A stretch of DNA of 64,000 nucleotides from an uncultured Thermoleophilia bacterium (GTDB lineage Bacteria > Actinomycetota > Thermoleophilia > UBA2241): contig CAWBRS010000021.1 of NCBI GenBank assembly GCA_963791345.1, positions 656,225-720,224 on the forward strand. Reading direction: 5' to 3'. The first letter of the stretch is position 1. Each line of letters opens with the position of its first letter. A program made the translations under genes and the position numbers. The notes beneath the pieces were generated by a model. It saw only the letters and a list, made by a program, of their open reading frames with translations, was not told the DNA's origin and made no database searches. Positions 41,198 to 49,565 of this stretch are shown piece after piece.

Positions 41198-41229
41198 CTT
41201 GACAACCCCCGACGTGTCGTGTGGTATAG
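41198..41229 (+). promoter_or_regulatory. Candidate promoter (TTGACA .. extended -10 TGgTATAGA)
   Basis: TTGACA at 41198-41203 and tgg-TATAGA at 41221-41229. The spacer is 20 nt, longer than optimal. About 205 nt upstream of the secreted-protein ATG. Confidence 0.3.
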
Positions 41230-41435
41230 ACGGTCCCAAGGGACGCGTCCCGCTCGCTGGGACACAGGGGCGACGAGCGGGGAGGTGAGCCGCACAGCAC
41301 ACCACGTTCGGTCGCCGCCAGCGAGCCGGCCGGATGAAGGAGAAGCCCGTCCGCCGCGGCAAGCGCCGCCCCGGGAGCCTCGGCCGAAGGCCGACAGCGG
41401 CTGCGGACGGTGGGGGGAACTCAAGGGGGTCCATC

Positions 41436-42510
41436 ATGGCCATTCGTTCTCGTGCGCTCGTATGCGCGCTCCTCGCACTGCTCGTCGCGGCACTTGTCGT
41501 CGCCGCTCCGGCTTCCGGCAAGGGCAGACCGACGCCGGCGACCGAGTTCGGCAACAACGTGTCGGTGCCCGTCATCTTCTCCGAGGGCTACAACATCGTC
41601 GGGGGCGACGTGAGCGATCCCCTCGTCGGATCGGGCTTCCGTTCGACCGAGCTCGTCGACAACTTCGGCGCCCTGACCACCTACGCGCCGCTCAGCTTCC
41701 TCGGCGTGACCGACCCTGAGACAGGTCTCACCGTGGACCTGGCGGGCAACCCGCTGCTCTCCAACTGGTTCTACGAACAGAAGACGGAGGCCACCTGGCA
41801 GGCGGAGTGGGTCGACGCCACCGATCCCGAGACGTCCATGACCACGGTCGGCGTCACCCGCCTCGACTGGGGCGACAGCCTGCTCTCGCAAGGCGTGGAC
41901 CGTACGATCGAAGATCCGCCTCGAGGTCCGCCTCTACCGCACCAATGACCTCACGAGCAGCGATGGTTCGGCCGGCCTCAAGGGCTACGGCATGAACCAC
42001 CTGTCCGGGTCGGGGCTCGACGAGGTCTGGGGCGCCGCGGACGCGTCCGCGATCGGCGCTCTCGAGGCGAGCGCGGGCCGCACCTGTTCGCCCCGGCGGA
42101 GACGACGGTCTACTCGAACTGCGCCCGGCTGACGCTGTGCAGGATCGACGGCGATCGGCGGCGCCGTCGTCGGCGACCCGATCTTCTCGATGCCGGTCGC
42201 CGACAAGTACGGCACCGACGGTCCCGGCCTCTTCGGCGCCGAGGTCAACGTGGGCGGCTACGTCCTGTACGGGTACACGCTCGACGCCAAGGCGCTGAGG
42301 CTCGCCGCCGGCTACTACCGGGTCATGTTCAGCCTCGACCCGACGGCGACGTGGGACACCGTCACTGTCACGCGCAACACCGTGATCACCGCCCTCGACC
42401 AGACCGACTCGATCCGCGACGGCGCGACCGAGAGCGAGTGGCCGTTCAAGTCCGAGATGAACGCCGACGGCACCGCCTCCTGGGTGGACATCGAGATCCT
42501 CGCGAAGTGA
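41436..42510 (+). CDS. Secreted hypothetical protein (signal peptide), frame broken about three times between 41910 and 42156
   Basis: MAIRSRALVCALLALLVAALVVAAPASGKG.. (ORF 41334..41948) has AAGGGGG as SD. Own translation of other frames continues IRLEVRLYRTNDLTSSDGSAGLKGYGMNHLSGSGLDEVWG, then HLFAPAETTVYSNCARLTLCRIDG, then AIGGAVVGDPIFSMPVADKYG.. (ORF 42190..42510). Confidence 0.6.
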
Positions 42511-42595
42511 CGATGCCCACCGTCACCGCCTGACGGAGCCGACCGGCCGCGTCCGGGCCGCACCGCCCGCGGTCCGGAGCGAGCGCGGAGCGAGC

Positions 42596-42628
42596 GCGAG
42601 GGGCGGGCGCATAGCGCCCGCCCCTCGC
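42596..42628 (+). terminator. Perfect 15-bp GC hairpin after the secreted-protein gene
   Basis: gcgaggggcgggcgc ata gcgcccgcccctcgc. No U-tract. Confidence 0.45.
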
Positions 42629-42671
42629 GCCTCTCGAGCACGCGGCGGCGACTACGATCTCCCCGGGTAGC

Positions 42672-43208
42672 ATGCGGGGTGGATCCCTTGCGTCAGAGCT
42701 CTACGTCAGCGTGATCGGCGCGAGCCGCTGCGGCCCCGAGCTCGCGGCCAAGGCCGAGGAGCTCGGCCGCCTGCTCGCGCGCCGCGGCTGTGTCGTCGTC
42801 TGCGGCGGCCGCTCGGGCGTGATGGAGGCCGTCGCGCGCGGCGTGGCCGCGGAGGGCGGCGTCTCGATCGGCCTCCTCCCGGAGGCCGATCGCTCACGCG
42901 CCGCCCCCGACCTCACCTTCTCGATCCCCACCGCCATCGGCTGGGCGCGCAACCTCGCCGTGGTCGCGAGCGGCGACGCCGTGATCGCCGTCGGCGGCGC
43001 CTGGGGCACGCTGAGCGAGATCGCGCTGGCGCGCAATCTCGGCCGACAGGTCGTCCTGCTCGAGAGCTGGGAGCTGCGCCCGCCGGGGGGCCCGGGCGAC
43101 GCCGCCGGGGGCTCCGGGACGGACGAGGGCGAGCTCGACGGCGTGGTGCGGGCGGGCTCGCCCGCCGAGGCCGTCGAGCTCGCCCTCGGCGCGCTGCCGC
43201 CGGCCTGA
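42672..43208 (+). CDS. TIGR00725/LOG-family Rossmann-fold protein
   Basis: 178-aa ORF ..VVCGGRSGVMEAVARG..AVIAVGGAWGTLSEIALA.. (GGxxGxM and GGxGTxxE blocks of the LOG / lysine-decarboxylase-like family). Confidence 0.7.
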   Translation: MRGGSLASELYVSVIGASRCGPELAAKAEELGRLLARRGCVVVCGGRSGVMEAVARGVAAEGGVSIGLLPEADRSRAAPDLTFSIPTAIGWARNLAVVASGDAVIAVGGAWGTLSEIALARNLGRQVVLLESWELRPPGGPGDAAGGSGTDEGELDGVVRAGSPAEAVELALGALPPA

Positions 43209-43253
43209 GCGCCGGGCTCACCCCGGGGCCTCACGATACCCGAGGCGCACGAA

Positions 43254-43290
43254 GGAGCCGGCGGCGGTCGTGACGACCGCCGCCGGCTCC
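43254..43290. terminator. Perfect 17-bp hairpin between convergent genes (bidirectional terminator candidate)
   Basis: ggagccggcggcggtcg tga cgaccgccgccggctcc. Confidence 0.5.
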
Positions 43291-43323
43291 GACAGCGCAG
43301 TCCTCCGGGCCGGGCGGGCCGGG

Positions 43324-44523
43324 TTACTGCCCGGCCCACCAGCCGTCGCTCAGGGTGAGCAGGAAGGCGATGATCTGGTTCTCCTGGGTGGGGGTCAGAC
43401 CCAGGTCGCCCATCGTCGCCGTCTCGAGGTTGTCGGCCACCTCGGGCTCCGGCCAGCCCTCGCCGGGCACGTCGCGCGTGTTGTAGAAGTGGACGATGTC
43501 CTTGAGGGTCTTGAAGTAGCCGTTGTGACCGTACGGGGCCGTGTGGGCCACGTTGCGCAGGCTCGGCGTCCTGAACATGCCGTCGAACTGCGGGTTGGCC
43601 TCGACGCCGCCCGGCAGGTCGGCCGCCAGACCGTGGTCGATGTACTCGGCGCCGTCCGGGTTGAAGAGCGCCGGCAGCGTGAGGAAGGGACTCGCCCAGT
43701 TCTTGGGGATGCCGAGGTTGGCGAAGCGGTAGTCGCTGTAGAGGATCGGCTCGGTCGGCACGATGGTGCTGGCCTCGCTCGGGGGCAGTCCGCTCATCGG
43801 GTTCACGTGGCAGACCGAGCACTGCGCCGCGCCGTTGAAGAGCATCATGCCCATGCGTTCGTCGGCCGTGAAGGTCATCATCCGCGGGGGGCCGATCAGG
43901 GTCATGGCGTAGTCGTGCTTCGCGGTGAAGGAGTTGAGCTCGGTGCTCCGCTCGTAGGCGGCGATCGCCCCGACGATGCGGTCGTAGGCGCGGCGCACGT
44001 CGGTGAGCGACAGGCTGCGGCGACCGAAGACCGCCCTGAAGTCGTCGGCGTACTCCGACGCGGCGACACGCTTCACGACCGCCCGCCTGTTCGCCATGTT
44101 CATCTCGAGCGGGTTGAGGAAGGGCTCCTTCGCCTGCTCCTCGAGGGTCGGGGCGCGGCCGTCCAGGAACTGGCCGCCCACGTACGTCCCGAGCGTCTCG
44201 TCGAAGCTCCGGATCGGAGTGAACGAGGCGTACGCGGCACTCGGCGCGTTGCGAGCGCCGAAAAGACCCAGCACGGCGCCCTCGGAGACCGGAAGCAGGA
44301 TCTCCGGGTCGGCGAAGCCGGCTCCCGGGTCGTGGCAGCTGGCGCACGACTGCCCGCGCGGCGAGGACAGATCGGTGTCAAAGAAGATCTGCTCGCCGAC
44401 GGATGCCGGCGTCGGCGCCGCGCTCGCCACGGGGACCAGACACGCCGTCGCGAGCGCCACAAGACCGGCCACTACGACCAAACGTCCTCTCACAAAGACC
44501 ACCTTCCTCTTCTCGCCGCGCAT
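43324..44523 (-). CDS. Di-haem cytochrome c peroxidase (CCP/MauG family), secreted
   Basis: Conserved part of ORF 43324..44817 from MRGEKRKVVFVRGRLVVVAGLVALATA (signal). Two CxxCH motifs (CASCH, CSVCH). FRTPSLRNVAHTAPYGHNGYFKTLKDIVHFYN. Confidence 0.88.
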   Translation of the reverse strand: MRGEKRKVVFVRGRLVVVAGLVALATACLVPVASAAPTPASVGEQIFFDTDLSSPRGQSCASCHDPGAGFADPEILLPVSEGAVLGLFGARNAPSAAYASFTPIRSFDETLGTYVGGQFLDGRAPTLEEQAKEPFLNPLEMNMANRRAVVKRVAASEYADDFRAVFGRRSLSLTDVRRAYDRIVGAIAAYERSTELNSFTAKHDYAMTLIGPPRMMTFTADERMGMMLFNGAAQCSVCHVNPMSGLPPSEASTIVPTEPILYSDYRFANLGIPKNWASPFLTLPALFNPDGAEYIDHGLAADLPGGVEANPQFDGMFRTPSLRNVAHTAPYGHNGYFKTLKDIVHFYNTRDVPGEGWPEPEVADNLETATMGDLGLTPTQENQIIAFLLTLSDGWWAGQ

Positions 44524-44795
44524 CCGCGGCGCCGATTCATGCCAGGACCGGAGATCACCCCGGCCAGGGCGGCCCGCCGATCTCCGTGGGTCGCCGGCCG
44601 TGGCTGCCCGGCGCCCTGTCGCAGGCGCCTCACGACCTGGAGGAGCGTACGCGACGCGGGGTGCGCCCCTTGCGCACCCGATGCGGCACTTGCCGCGCGA
44701 CATACCCCGCAGGGTACGTGCGCCAAACCGTTCTCGCCCGAGCGTGCCTCGAGCCGAGCAGACATTCCACGACAGGACGCGCGAGGAGAAGCAGG

Positions 44796-44868
44796 TGGCG
44801 GGGACTAGGGGAGTCACACCCCTCTACACGGGTTTAGAGCCCGTGCTGATCCTTCCGATCGAGCCCCC
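44796..44868 (-). tRNA. pylT: Amber-suppressor tRNA(CUA) with tRNA-Pyl architecture
   Basis: Reverse complement GGGGGCT C GATC GGAAG GATC AG CACGGG CTCTAAA CCCGTG TAG AGGGG TGTGACT CCCCT AGTCCCC G CCA. 7-bp acceptor stem, 1 nt to the D stem, 4-bp D stem with a 5-nt loop, 6-bp anticodon stem, anticodon CUA, 3-nt variable loop, non-TPsiC T loop, G73, encoded CCA. Same strand as pylBCD. Confidence 0.85.
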
Positions 44869-44879
44869 GCGCCGTCCCG

Positions 44880-44885
44880 ATCATA
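44880..44885 (-). promoter_or_regulatory. Candidate -10 element (TATGAT) for pylT
   Basis: Minus strand TATGAT ends 11 nt upstream of tRNA position 1. No convincing -35. Confidence 0.3.
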
Positions 44886-45052
44886 CCGCGATGGCGCCCA
44901 GGCCGCCCGCCGGCGACCGTCTCGCGCAGGCAGCGGGAAGCGCGGGCGACGTCGTGACCATTGCGGCGCAGGCCCACATCCGCGTAGAGTTGCCCATCAC
45001 CCGTATGGCCCGACGTCGGCGCGAAGCGCGACCGGGGCCGCGGGCGTCCACG

Positions 45053-46126
45053 ATGCGAACGGGGGTACTCATGGGTGGCAAGGGACTGGGGTGGCTGCTG
45101 GCCATCGTCGGGGTCGTCCTCGTGGCGGCCGGGCTGGTCGTCATGCTGGTCGTCGTGCCGGGGATGAAGCAGCTGCCCGCCGACACCGACACCACGCGCA
45201 CGTACGAGGGCACGATGGCGTCCATGCTCAACCCGGCGACGTTCGAGATGATGACCGACCTGCCGATCGAGCTCGAGCGCCGCTTCTTCGTCGTCGAGAC
45301 CAGCGACGGCCTCGCCCTCGTCAAAGAGGAGCGCGCGATGACGAGCGGCGGCCAGCCGCTGCAGCAGGGCGTGAACCACTACTCCGTCGACCGCGTGACC
45401 ATGGAGTGGAGCGACGCCTACCCGGAGGAGTGGGCCGAGAACGAGGGCTTCTGGCCCCGCGAGGGCAACGTGATCGGCTGGCCGATGGACACCCAGCAGA
45501 GCGACTACACGGGCTGGAGCGACGACTACATGAGCACCGTGCCGCTGACCTTCGTCGAGGAGACGACGCACGAGCGCAGCGGCATGACGCTGTACAAGTT
45601 CACCTCGGCCAGCGACGCGCAGCCCATCGTCCCCGAGATGGTCCAGGGCATGGGGCTGCCCACCGAGCTGCCCAAGTCACAGCTCGCCCTCCTGCTCGGC
45701 GGCGTCGACCTCGGCCCCGCGGTCCAGGCACTGCTGCCGACGCTGCTCGAGCAGCTTCCGGAGACGGTGCCCCTCGGCTACTACTACGACTACGAGGGCA
45801 CGTACTGGGTCGACCCCGCGACGGGCATCATCGTCGACACCGAGAAGCGCGAGACGCGCACCGTCGGCTTGAGTCCGGACGGCATCGTGGGGACGGCTCT
45901 CGAGCTGCTGCCCGCCGAGCAGCTCGGCGCCCTGCAGGTGCCCATCCTGGACTACACCTACACGGCCACCGACGTCGCGGTCGAAGAGGCGAAGGCCGAC
46001 GCCGAGGACGCGGCCGGCATGCTGCAGCTCTACGGCATGACCCTGCCGCTGATCGGGATCGTCGCCGGCGCCCTTCTCCTGGTGCTCGGCATCGTGTTCA
46101 TCGCACGCAAGCCGAAGGCCGCCTGA
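45053..46126 (+). CDS. DUF3068-family (PorA-like) membrane protein
   Basis: C-terminal 357 aa of ORF 44003..46126 from MRTGVLMGGKGLGWLLAIVGVVLVAAGLVV.. N- and C-terminal TM helices flank a large extracytoplasmic domain. The upstream part of the ORF is antisense to the peroxidase gene. ATG 45071 is an alternative start. Confidence 0.75.
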   Translation: MRTGVLMGGKGLGWLLAIVGVVLVAAGLVVMLVVVPGMKQLPADTDTTRTYEGTMASMLNPATFEMMTDLPIELERRFFVVETSDGLALVKEERAMTSGGQPLQQGVNHYSVDRVTMEWSDAYPEEWAENEGFWPREGNVIGWPMDTQQSDYTGWSDDYMSTVPLTFVEETTHERSGMTLYKFTSASDAQPIVPEMVQGMGLPTELPKSQLALLLGGVDLGPAVQALLPTLLEQLPETVPLGYYYDYEGTYWVDPATGIIVDTEKRETRTVGLSPDGIVGTALELLPAEQLGALQVPILDYTYTATDVAVEEAKADAEDAAGMLQLYGMTLPLIGIVAGALLLVLGIVFIARKPKAA

Positions 46127-46176
46127 GAACGGCGACTGAGGAGACGCGCCCCCGCCTCGGTGGCGGCGGCGCAAGG

Positions 46177-46218
46177 CCGAAGGGGCCGCCGGGCGTTCAC
46201 GCCCGGCGGCCCCTTCGG
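46177..46218. terminator. Perfect 19-bp hairpin between convergent DUF3068 gene and pylD
   Basis: ccgaaggggccgccgggcg ttca cgcccggcggccccttcgg, followed by ttctct on the plus strand. Confidence 0.55.
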
Positions 46219-46319
46219 TTCTCTGCGGGTCCGGCATCGCCGCGCCCGCCAACGCCGCGCGGCGCCGGCCCGGCGGGCGCGGCCTCGAGGGACGCGTGCG
46301 GTCAGACGGGCGCCCGCAC

Positions 46320-47186
46320 TCAGGCGAGGGCCCGCGCCGCCATGACGGCGACGCCGATGGCGAGCGGCTCGTGGATGTGGCGCACGCCGAGCCGGGCCTG
46401 CGCCGCGCCCGTGAAGGCCGACGGGACACCGGGGACGGCGGCGATCGTGCGCGGCCCGACCTGCGCCTCGTCGATGACGGCCGGCGCCGGGGTGGCGTCG
46501 AAGACCAGGTCGACGCCGCGCAGGCCCTCGGCGAGCTCGACGCGCTCGAACGCCAGCCCCCGAGCCGCGGCCAGCGCGGCGCGCTCGCCGTCGGGTTCGA
46601 CCACCGAAAGGCGGGCGCCGCGGGCGAGGAGTCGGCCCGCGGCGGCGCAGCCCACGGGCCCGAGGCCGAGCAACAGCACCCGCCGGCCGGCGAGGCCGCC
46701 CGCGGCCGCCTCCAGCGCCGTCACGTAGCCGTGCGCCGTCGCCGGGTCGTCGTCGACGCAGCGTCCCTTACGGACGTTCACGGCGACGAAGCGGTGGTCG
46801 TCGGCCATGAAGAACACCTCGGCGCCGCCGTCGACCGCCTCCTGGATGCCGCGCACGTCGGCCTGGGCCGTCACCGTGGCCTTCCACCCCATGTGACGGA
46901 GGATGACGGCGACGCACTCGCTGAAGCCCGAGATGAGACCTTCACCGGTCGTGACCGGCACGCAGGCGAAGGCGGCGTCACTCCGAAGACCGGAAGCAGA
47001 CGCGGGAGAAGGGGCAGCGGCGGGAAGGGCTGCTGGGTGACCGGGGCTCGGGGCTGCCGCGTCCGCGGCCACCGTGCGGGCGGCGAGGGTGCGCAGCGTG
47101 AGGCCGGAGACCTCGACCAGCCCGCTCTCGAAGCGGAGGAGACCCGCCGTCAAGGCTCTGACGTCGTCCTCGGTCAGGCGGGTCAT
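46320..47186 (-). CDS. pylD: Pyrrolysine biosynthesis protein PylD (3-methylornithyl-N6-L-lysine dehydrogenase)
   Basis: 288 aa from MTRLTEDDVRALTAGLL.. in ORF 46320..48197. Blocks VPVTTGEGLISGFS, FFMADDHRFVAVNVRKGR, LLLGLGPVG and IHEPLAIGVAVM match remembered Methanosarcina PylD blocks. ATGA overlap with the pylC stop. Confidence 0.9.
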   Translation of the reverse strand: MTRLTEDDVRALTAGLLRFESGLVEVSGLTLRTLAARTVAADAAAPSPGHPAALPAAAPSPASASGLRSDAAFACVPVTTGEGLISGFSECVAVILRHMGWKATVTAQADVRGIQEAVDGGAEVFFMADDHRFVAVNVRKGRCVDDDPATAHGYVTALEAAAGGLAGRRVLLLGLGPVGCAAAGRLLARGARLSVVEPDGERAALAAARGLAFERVELAEGLRGVDLVFDATPAPAVIDEAQVGPRTIAAVPGVPSAFTGAAQARLGVRHIHEPLAIGVAVMAARALA

Positions 47187-48403
47187 GGCGCCTCCTGCGC
47201 GACGAGATCCAGCGTTTCGCGCCGCGCCAGGTCGCGGGTGACCTCGTCGGCGCGGGCCCGCGCCTCGGCGACCGTCGCGCCGGCGCAGATCAGCGTCGCC
47301 GACCACGAGGCGGCGCCGGGCGCGTAGTCGGTCAGGGCCTCGTCGGCGCCGTAGAAGCCCTCGACGAGGCGCAGCGGGCGGGCACTCCCCATGACGTGCT
47401 CGCCGAGCACGGCCAGGCGCCCGCCCGCGGCGTGCACGTGCTGGTAGACGCAGGCGGCGCGCGGCGCGCGGTCGAGCACGGGCGGCGCGCCGCGCGCGAC
47501 GCAGGCGACGAGGCCCTCGAGCAGGTTGACGCCGCTGGACCACAGGACCGCGGTCGGAGTCTGGCTGGGCAGCCGGGCGTCGATCTCGAGCAGCCGCGGC
47601 CCGTCGGGCGCCACCATCACCTCGACGTCCATCAGGCCGGTGAGGCCGAGGCCCTCGGCGAGCCGCACGGCGATGTCGTCGAGGGCCTCGAGCGTGCCGG
47701 CCGGGACGGCGCGCGACCAGTCGGCGGAAGCGGTCGGGGAGGCGGCGGCGGGCAGCGTGCCCGCCGCCGCCTCCCCGACCGGCGCCACGACGCGCTTGCA
47801 GTCGTAGCCCTCGTCGAACTCGAGCCCCGTCGCCTGCAGCGGCACCGCCCGGCCGCCCGCCGCGAGGACCTCGATCGACAGCGACGGCCCGGCCACGAAC
47901 TCCTCGACCACCACCTCGTGGCCGGCGCCGCTGAGACGCGCCCGTGCCGCGCTCAAGCTTGCCTCGTCGTCGACCACCGTGACGCCCTCGCTGCCGCTGG
48001 CCGAGGAGGGCTTGACCACGGCGGGGAAGCCGCACCCAGGCCACGCCCGCGGCCCGGCCACGCCGAGCTCGGCCGCGAGCCGGTTCGAGGCGAGCTTGGA
48101 CGCGGTCACCCGGTACGCGGCAAGGTCGAAGAGGAGCGGCACACCCCAAGCCCCCACGTGGGCGTCGAGCCAGGCGAGCGTCTCGTCGTCTTCGCAAGCC
48201 GGCAGCACCGCGTCACAGGCGCACAGGACGGAGCGACTCGTCTCCTCGTCGGCGGTCACGTCGAGCGCCACGACCCGGTCGGCCAAGCCCGCTGCCGGCG
48301 CCTCCTCGCGGCGGTCGACGAGGACGGTCTCGTACCCGGCCTTCCGCGCCAGGTAGACGGCCTCGGTCCCCTGCAGCTTGCCGCCGACGATCGCGAGCCT
48401 CAC
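47183..48403 (-). CDS. pylC: Pyrrolysine biosynthesis protein PylC (3-methylornithine--L-lysine ligase, ATP-grasp)
   Basis: 406 aa from GTG 48403 (GGGAGG upstream): VRLAIVGGKLQGTEAVYLARKAG.., LFDLAAYRVTASK, LEIDARLPSQTPTAVLWSSGVNLLE. Lies in ORF 47183..48643. Confidence 0.9.
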   Translation of the reverse strand: MRLAIVGGKLQGTEAVYLARKAGYETVLVDRREEAPAAGLADRVVALDVTADEETSRSVLCACDAVLPACEDDETLAWLDAHVGAWGVPLLFDLAAYRVTASKLASNRLAAELGVAGPRAWPGCGFPAVVKPSSASGSEGVTVVDDEASLSAARARLSGAGHEVVVEEFVAGPSLSIEVLAAGGRAVPLQATGLEFDEGYDCKRVVAPVGEAAAGTLPAAASPTASADWSRAVPAGTLEALDDIAVRLAEGLGLTGLMDVEVMVAPDGPRLLEIDARLPSQTPTAVLWSSGVNLLEGLVACVARGAPPVLDRAPRAACVYQHVHAAGGRLAVLGEHVMGSARPLRLVEGFYGADEALTDYAPGAASWSATLICAGATVAEARARADEVTRDLARRETLDLVAQEAP

Positions 48404-48455
48404 GCGGTCCGACCTCCCCCCGCCCGCCTCGGCGCCCCGCCGCTGACCCCGCGAG

Positions 48456-49565
48456 TCACGCCCGGGCCTCCCACGCCGCCCCCGGCCTGGCGACCTCGGT
48501 GCCGACCCCGCGGCGTGCCTCCTCGACCCATGCGGCGTAGGCCGCCGCGCCGGCGTGGCGCAGGCCGAGCCTGGCCAGGTGCGGCAGGACGCCGGCGACG
48601 GTGCGGTGACCTTCCTCGATGTCCAGCTCCGACTGAGAGACACCGGCGAGCCCCGTCGTCGGCGGCACGATCGAGGTGACGACGTTGGCCCCGGCCAGCA
48701 GACGGCGCTCGAGACCGCGTATGCCGTCGACGTCGAGCGAGGCGGGGATCAGACGGTCGGGCATCGCCAGCCGCATGACGGCGATGGTGCGCAGCTCGTC
48801 GCCGTCGTCCGGCGGCGGGGTCCCCGCCAGCGGCGTCCCCGCCTGCGGGACGAAGGTCATCACGCGCACCTGCTGCCAGCCGCCCGCGCGCATCGTGGCG
48901 ATGGATCGGGCGCGGTCGGCGACCGCGTCGCCGATGCCGGTGAGGAGGCCGTCCTCGACGAGGAGGCCGGCGGCGCGGGCCGCGGCGCGGGCCGCGACGC
49001 GCCGTGCGAACGGCTGGCCGACGCGCAGGCGCGCGTAGAGCTCCGACGAGTGCGTCTCCTGGTAGAGCGCGTACCAGTCGGCGCCGCGCCGCCGCAGCTC
49101 ACCGAGCACCTCGTCGTCGACGACTCCCGGCGAGACCATGACCGGGAGCCCGGTGGCCTTGCGCACGGCGCCGACCAGCTCGACGAGCCGCGCGGCGCCG
49201 TCTCGAAGGAGCACGGGGTCCTCGCCCATCGTCAGGTCGAGAAGGTCGACGCCCGAGCCGGCCAGGTCGCGGCAGATGGCGACGACCTCGTCGGGGCTCT
49301 TGCGGTACCGCGGGCTCTCGGGGTTGCCGACGCGGTAGTAGCAGAACGTGCACGCGTTACGGCAGAAGGTCGAGAAGTAGACGAAGCCGTAGAGGAAGAC
49401 GGCGTCGCCGAAGTGGCGTGTGCGCTGCTCGCGGGCGGCGGCGTAGAGCTCCTCGGCGCCCTCGTCGTCGGCGTCGAGGAGCCGCCCCAGAGCGGCCTCG
49501 CCGAGGGCACCGCGCTCGAGGGCCCGCGCGCACAGCTCGCGGATCTCGGCGACTGGGGTGGTCAC
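48456..49565 (-). CDS. pylB: Pyrrolysine biosynthesis radical-SAM protein PylB (methylornithine synthase)
   Basis: 369 aa from GTG 49565 (GGGAGGA upstream): ..FVYFSTFCRNACTFCYY (CxxxCxxC), DLTMGEDP, ALYQETHSSELYARLRVGQ, VRVMTFVPQAGTPL, RLIPASLDVDGI, GANVVTSIVPP. Lies in ORF 48456..49673. Confidence 0.9.
   Translation of the reverse strand: MTTPVAEIRELCARALERGALGEAALGRLLDADDEGAEELYAAAREQRTRHFGDAVFLYGFVYFSTFCRNACTFCYYRVGNPESPRYRKSPDEVVAICRDLAGSGVDLLDLTMGEDPVLLRDGAARLVELVGAVRKATGLPVMVSPGVVDDEVLGELRRRGADWYALYQETHSSELYARLRVGQPFARRVAARAAARAAGLLVEDGLLTGIGDAVADRARSIATMRAGGWQQVRVMTFVPQAGTPLAGTPPPDDGDELRTIAVMRLAMPDRLIPASLDVDGIRGLERRLLAGANVVTSIVPPTTGLAGVSQSELDIEEGHRTVAGVLPHLARLGLRHAGAAAYAAWVEEARRGVGTEVARPGAAWEARA

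Noticed and set aside
37942-41288. 718-aa minus-strand ORF (37942..40098) and 1091-aa plus-strand ORF (38013..41288) overlapping the helicase.
   Set aside because: They are an antisense frame and an alternative frame of the DEAH helicase. Their composition is dominated by Arg, Pro, Ala and Gly with no recognisable domain.
41230-41435. The 200-nt leader of the secreted-protein gene as a c-di-GMP-I or cobalamin riboswitch (contains gggacacaggggcgacg).
   Set aside because: There is only a loose resemblance to one GEMM-I box. The second conserved half (GGACGCAAAGCC-like) and the B12 box are absent. I cannot support the call without a covariance-model scan.
44524-44795. The 270-nt gap between pylT and the peroxidase gene (contains the 91-aa ORF 44490..44765), considered as a hidden pylS fragment.
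   Set aside because: The ORF is an Arg/Ala/Gly-rich string with no class-II aaRS motifs, and the gap is far too short for PylSc. No PylSn-like CxxC zinc motif is present.
44796-44868. Plus-strand reading of the pylT locus as a tRNA-Leu(UAG), with loop TTTAGAG.
   Set aside because: On the plus strand the 5-bp/7-nt-loop arm would come first and the 4-bp/5-nt-loop arm last, which is the reverse of tRNA order. There is no long variable arm as tRNA-Leu requires. No discriminator plus CCA follows. The minus strand satisfies all of these.
44003-45052. The N-terminal 350 aa of the 707-aa plus-strand ORF 44003..46126.
   Set aside because: It is antisense to the cytochrome c peroxidase gene and runs through pylT. 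Only the part from about 45053, which starts with a TM helix, looks like a real protein.
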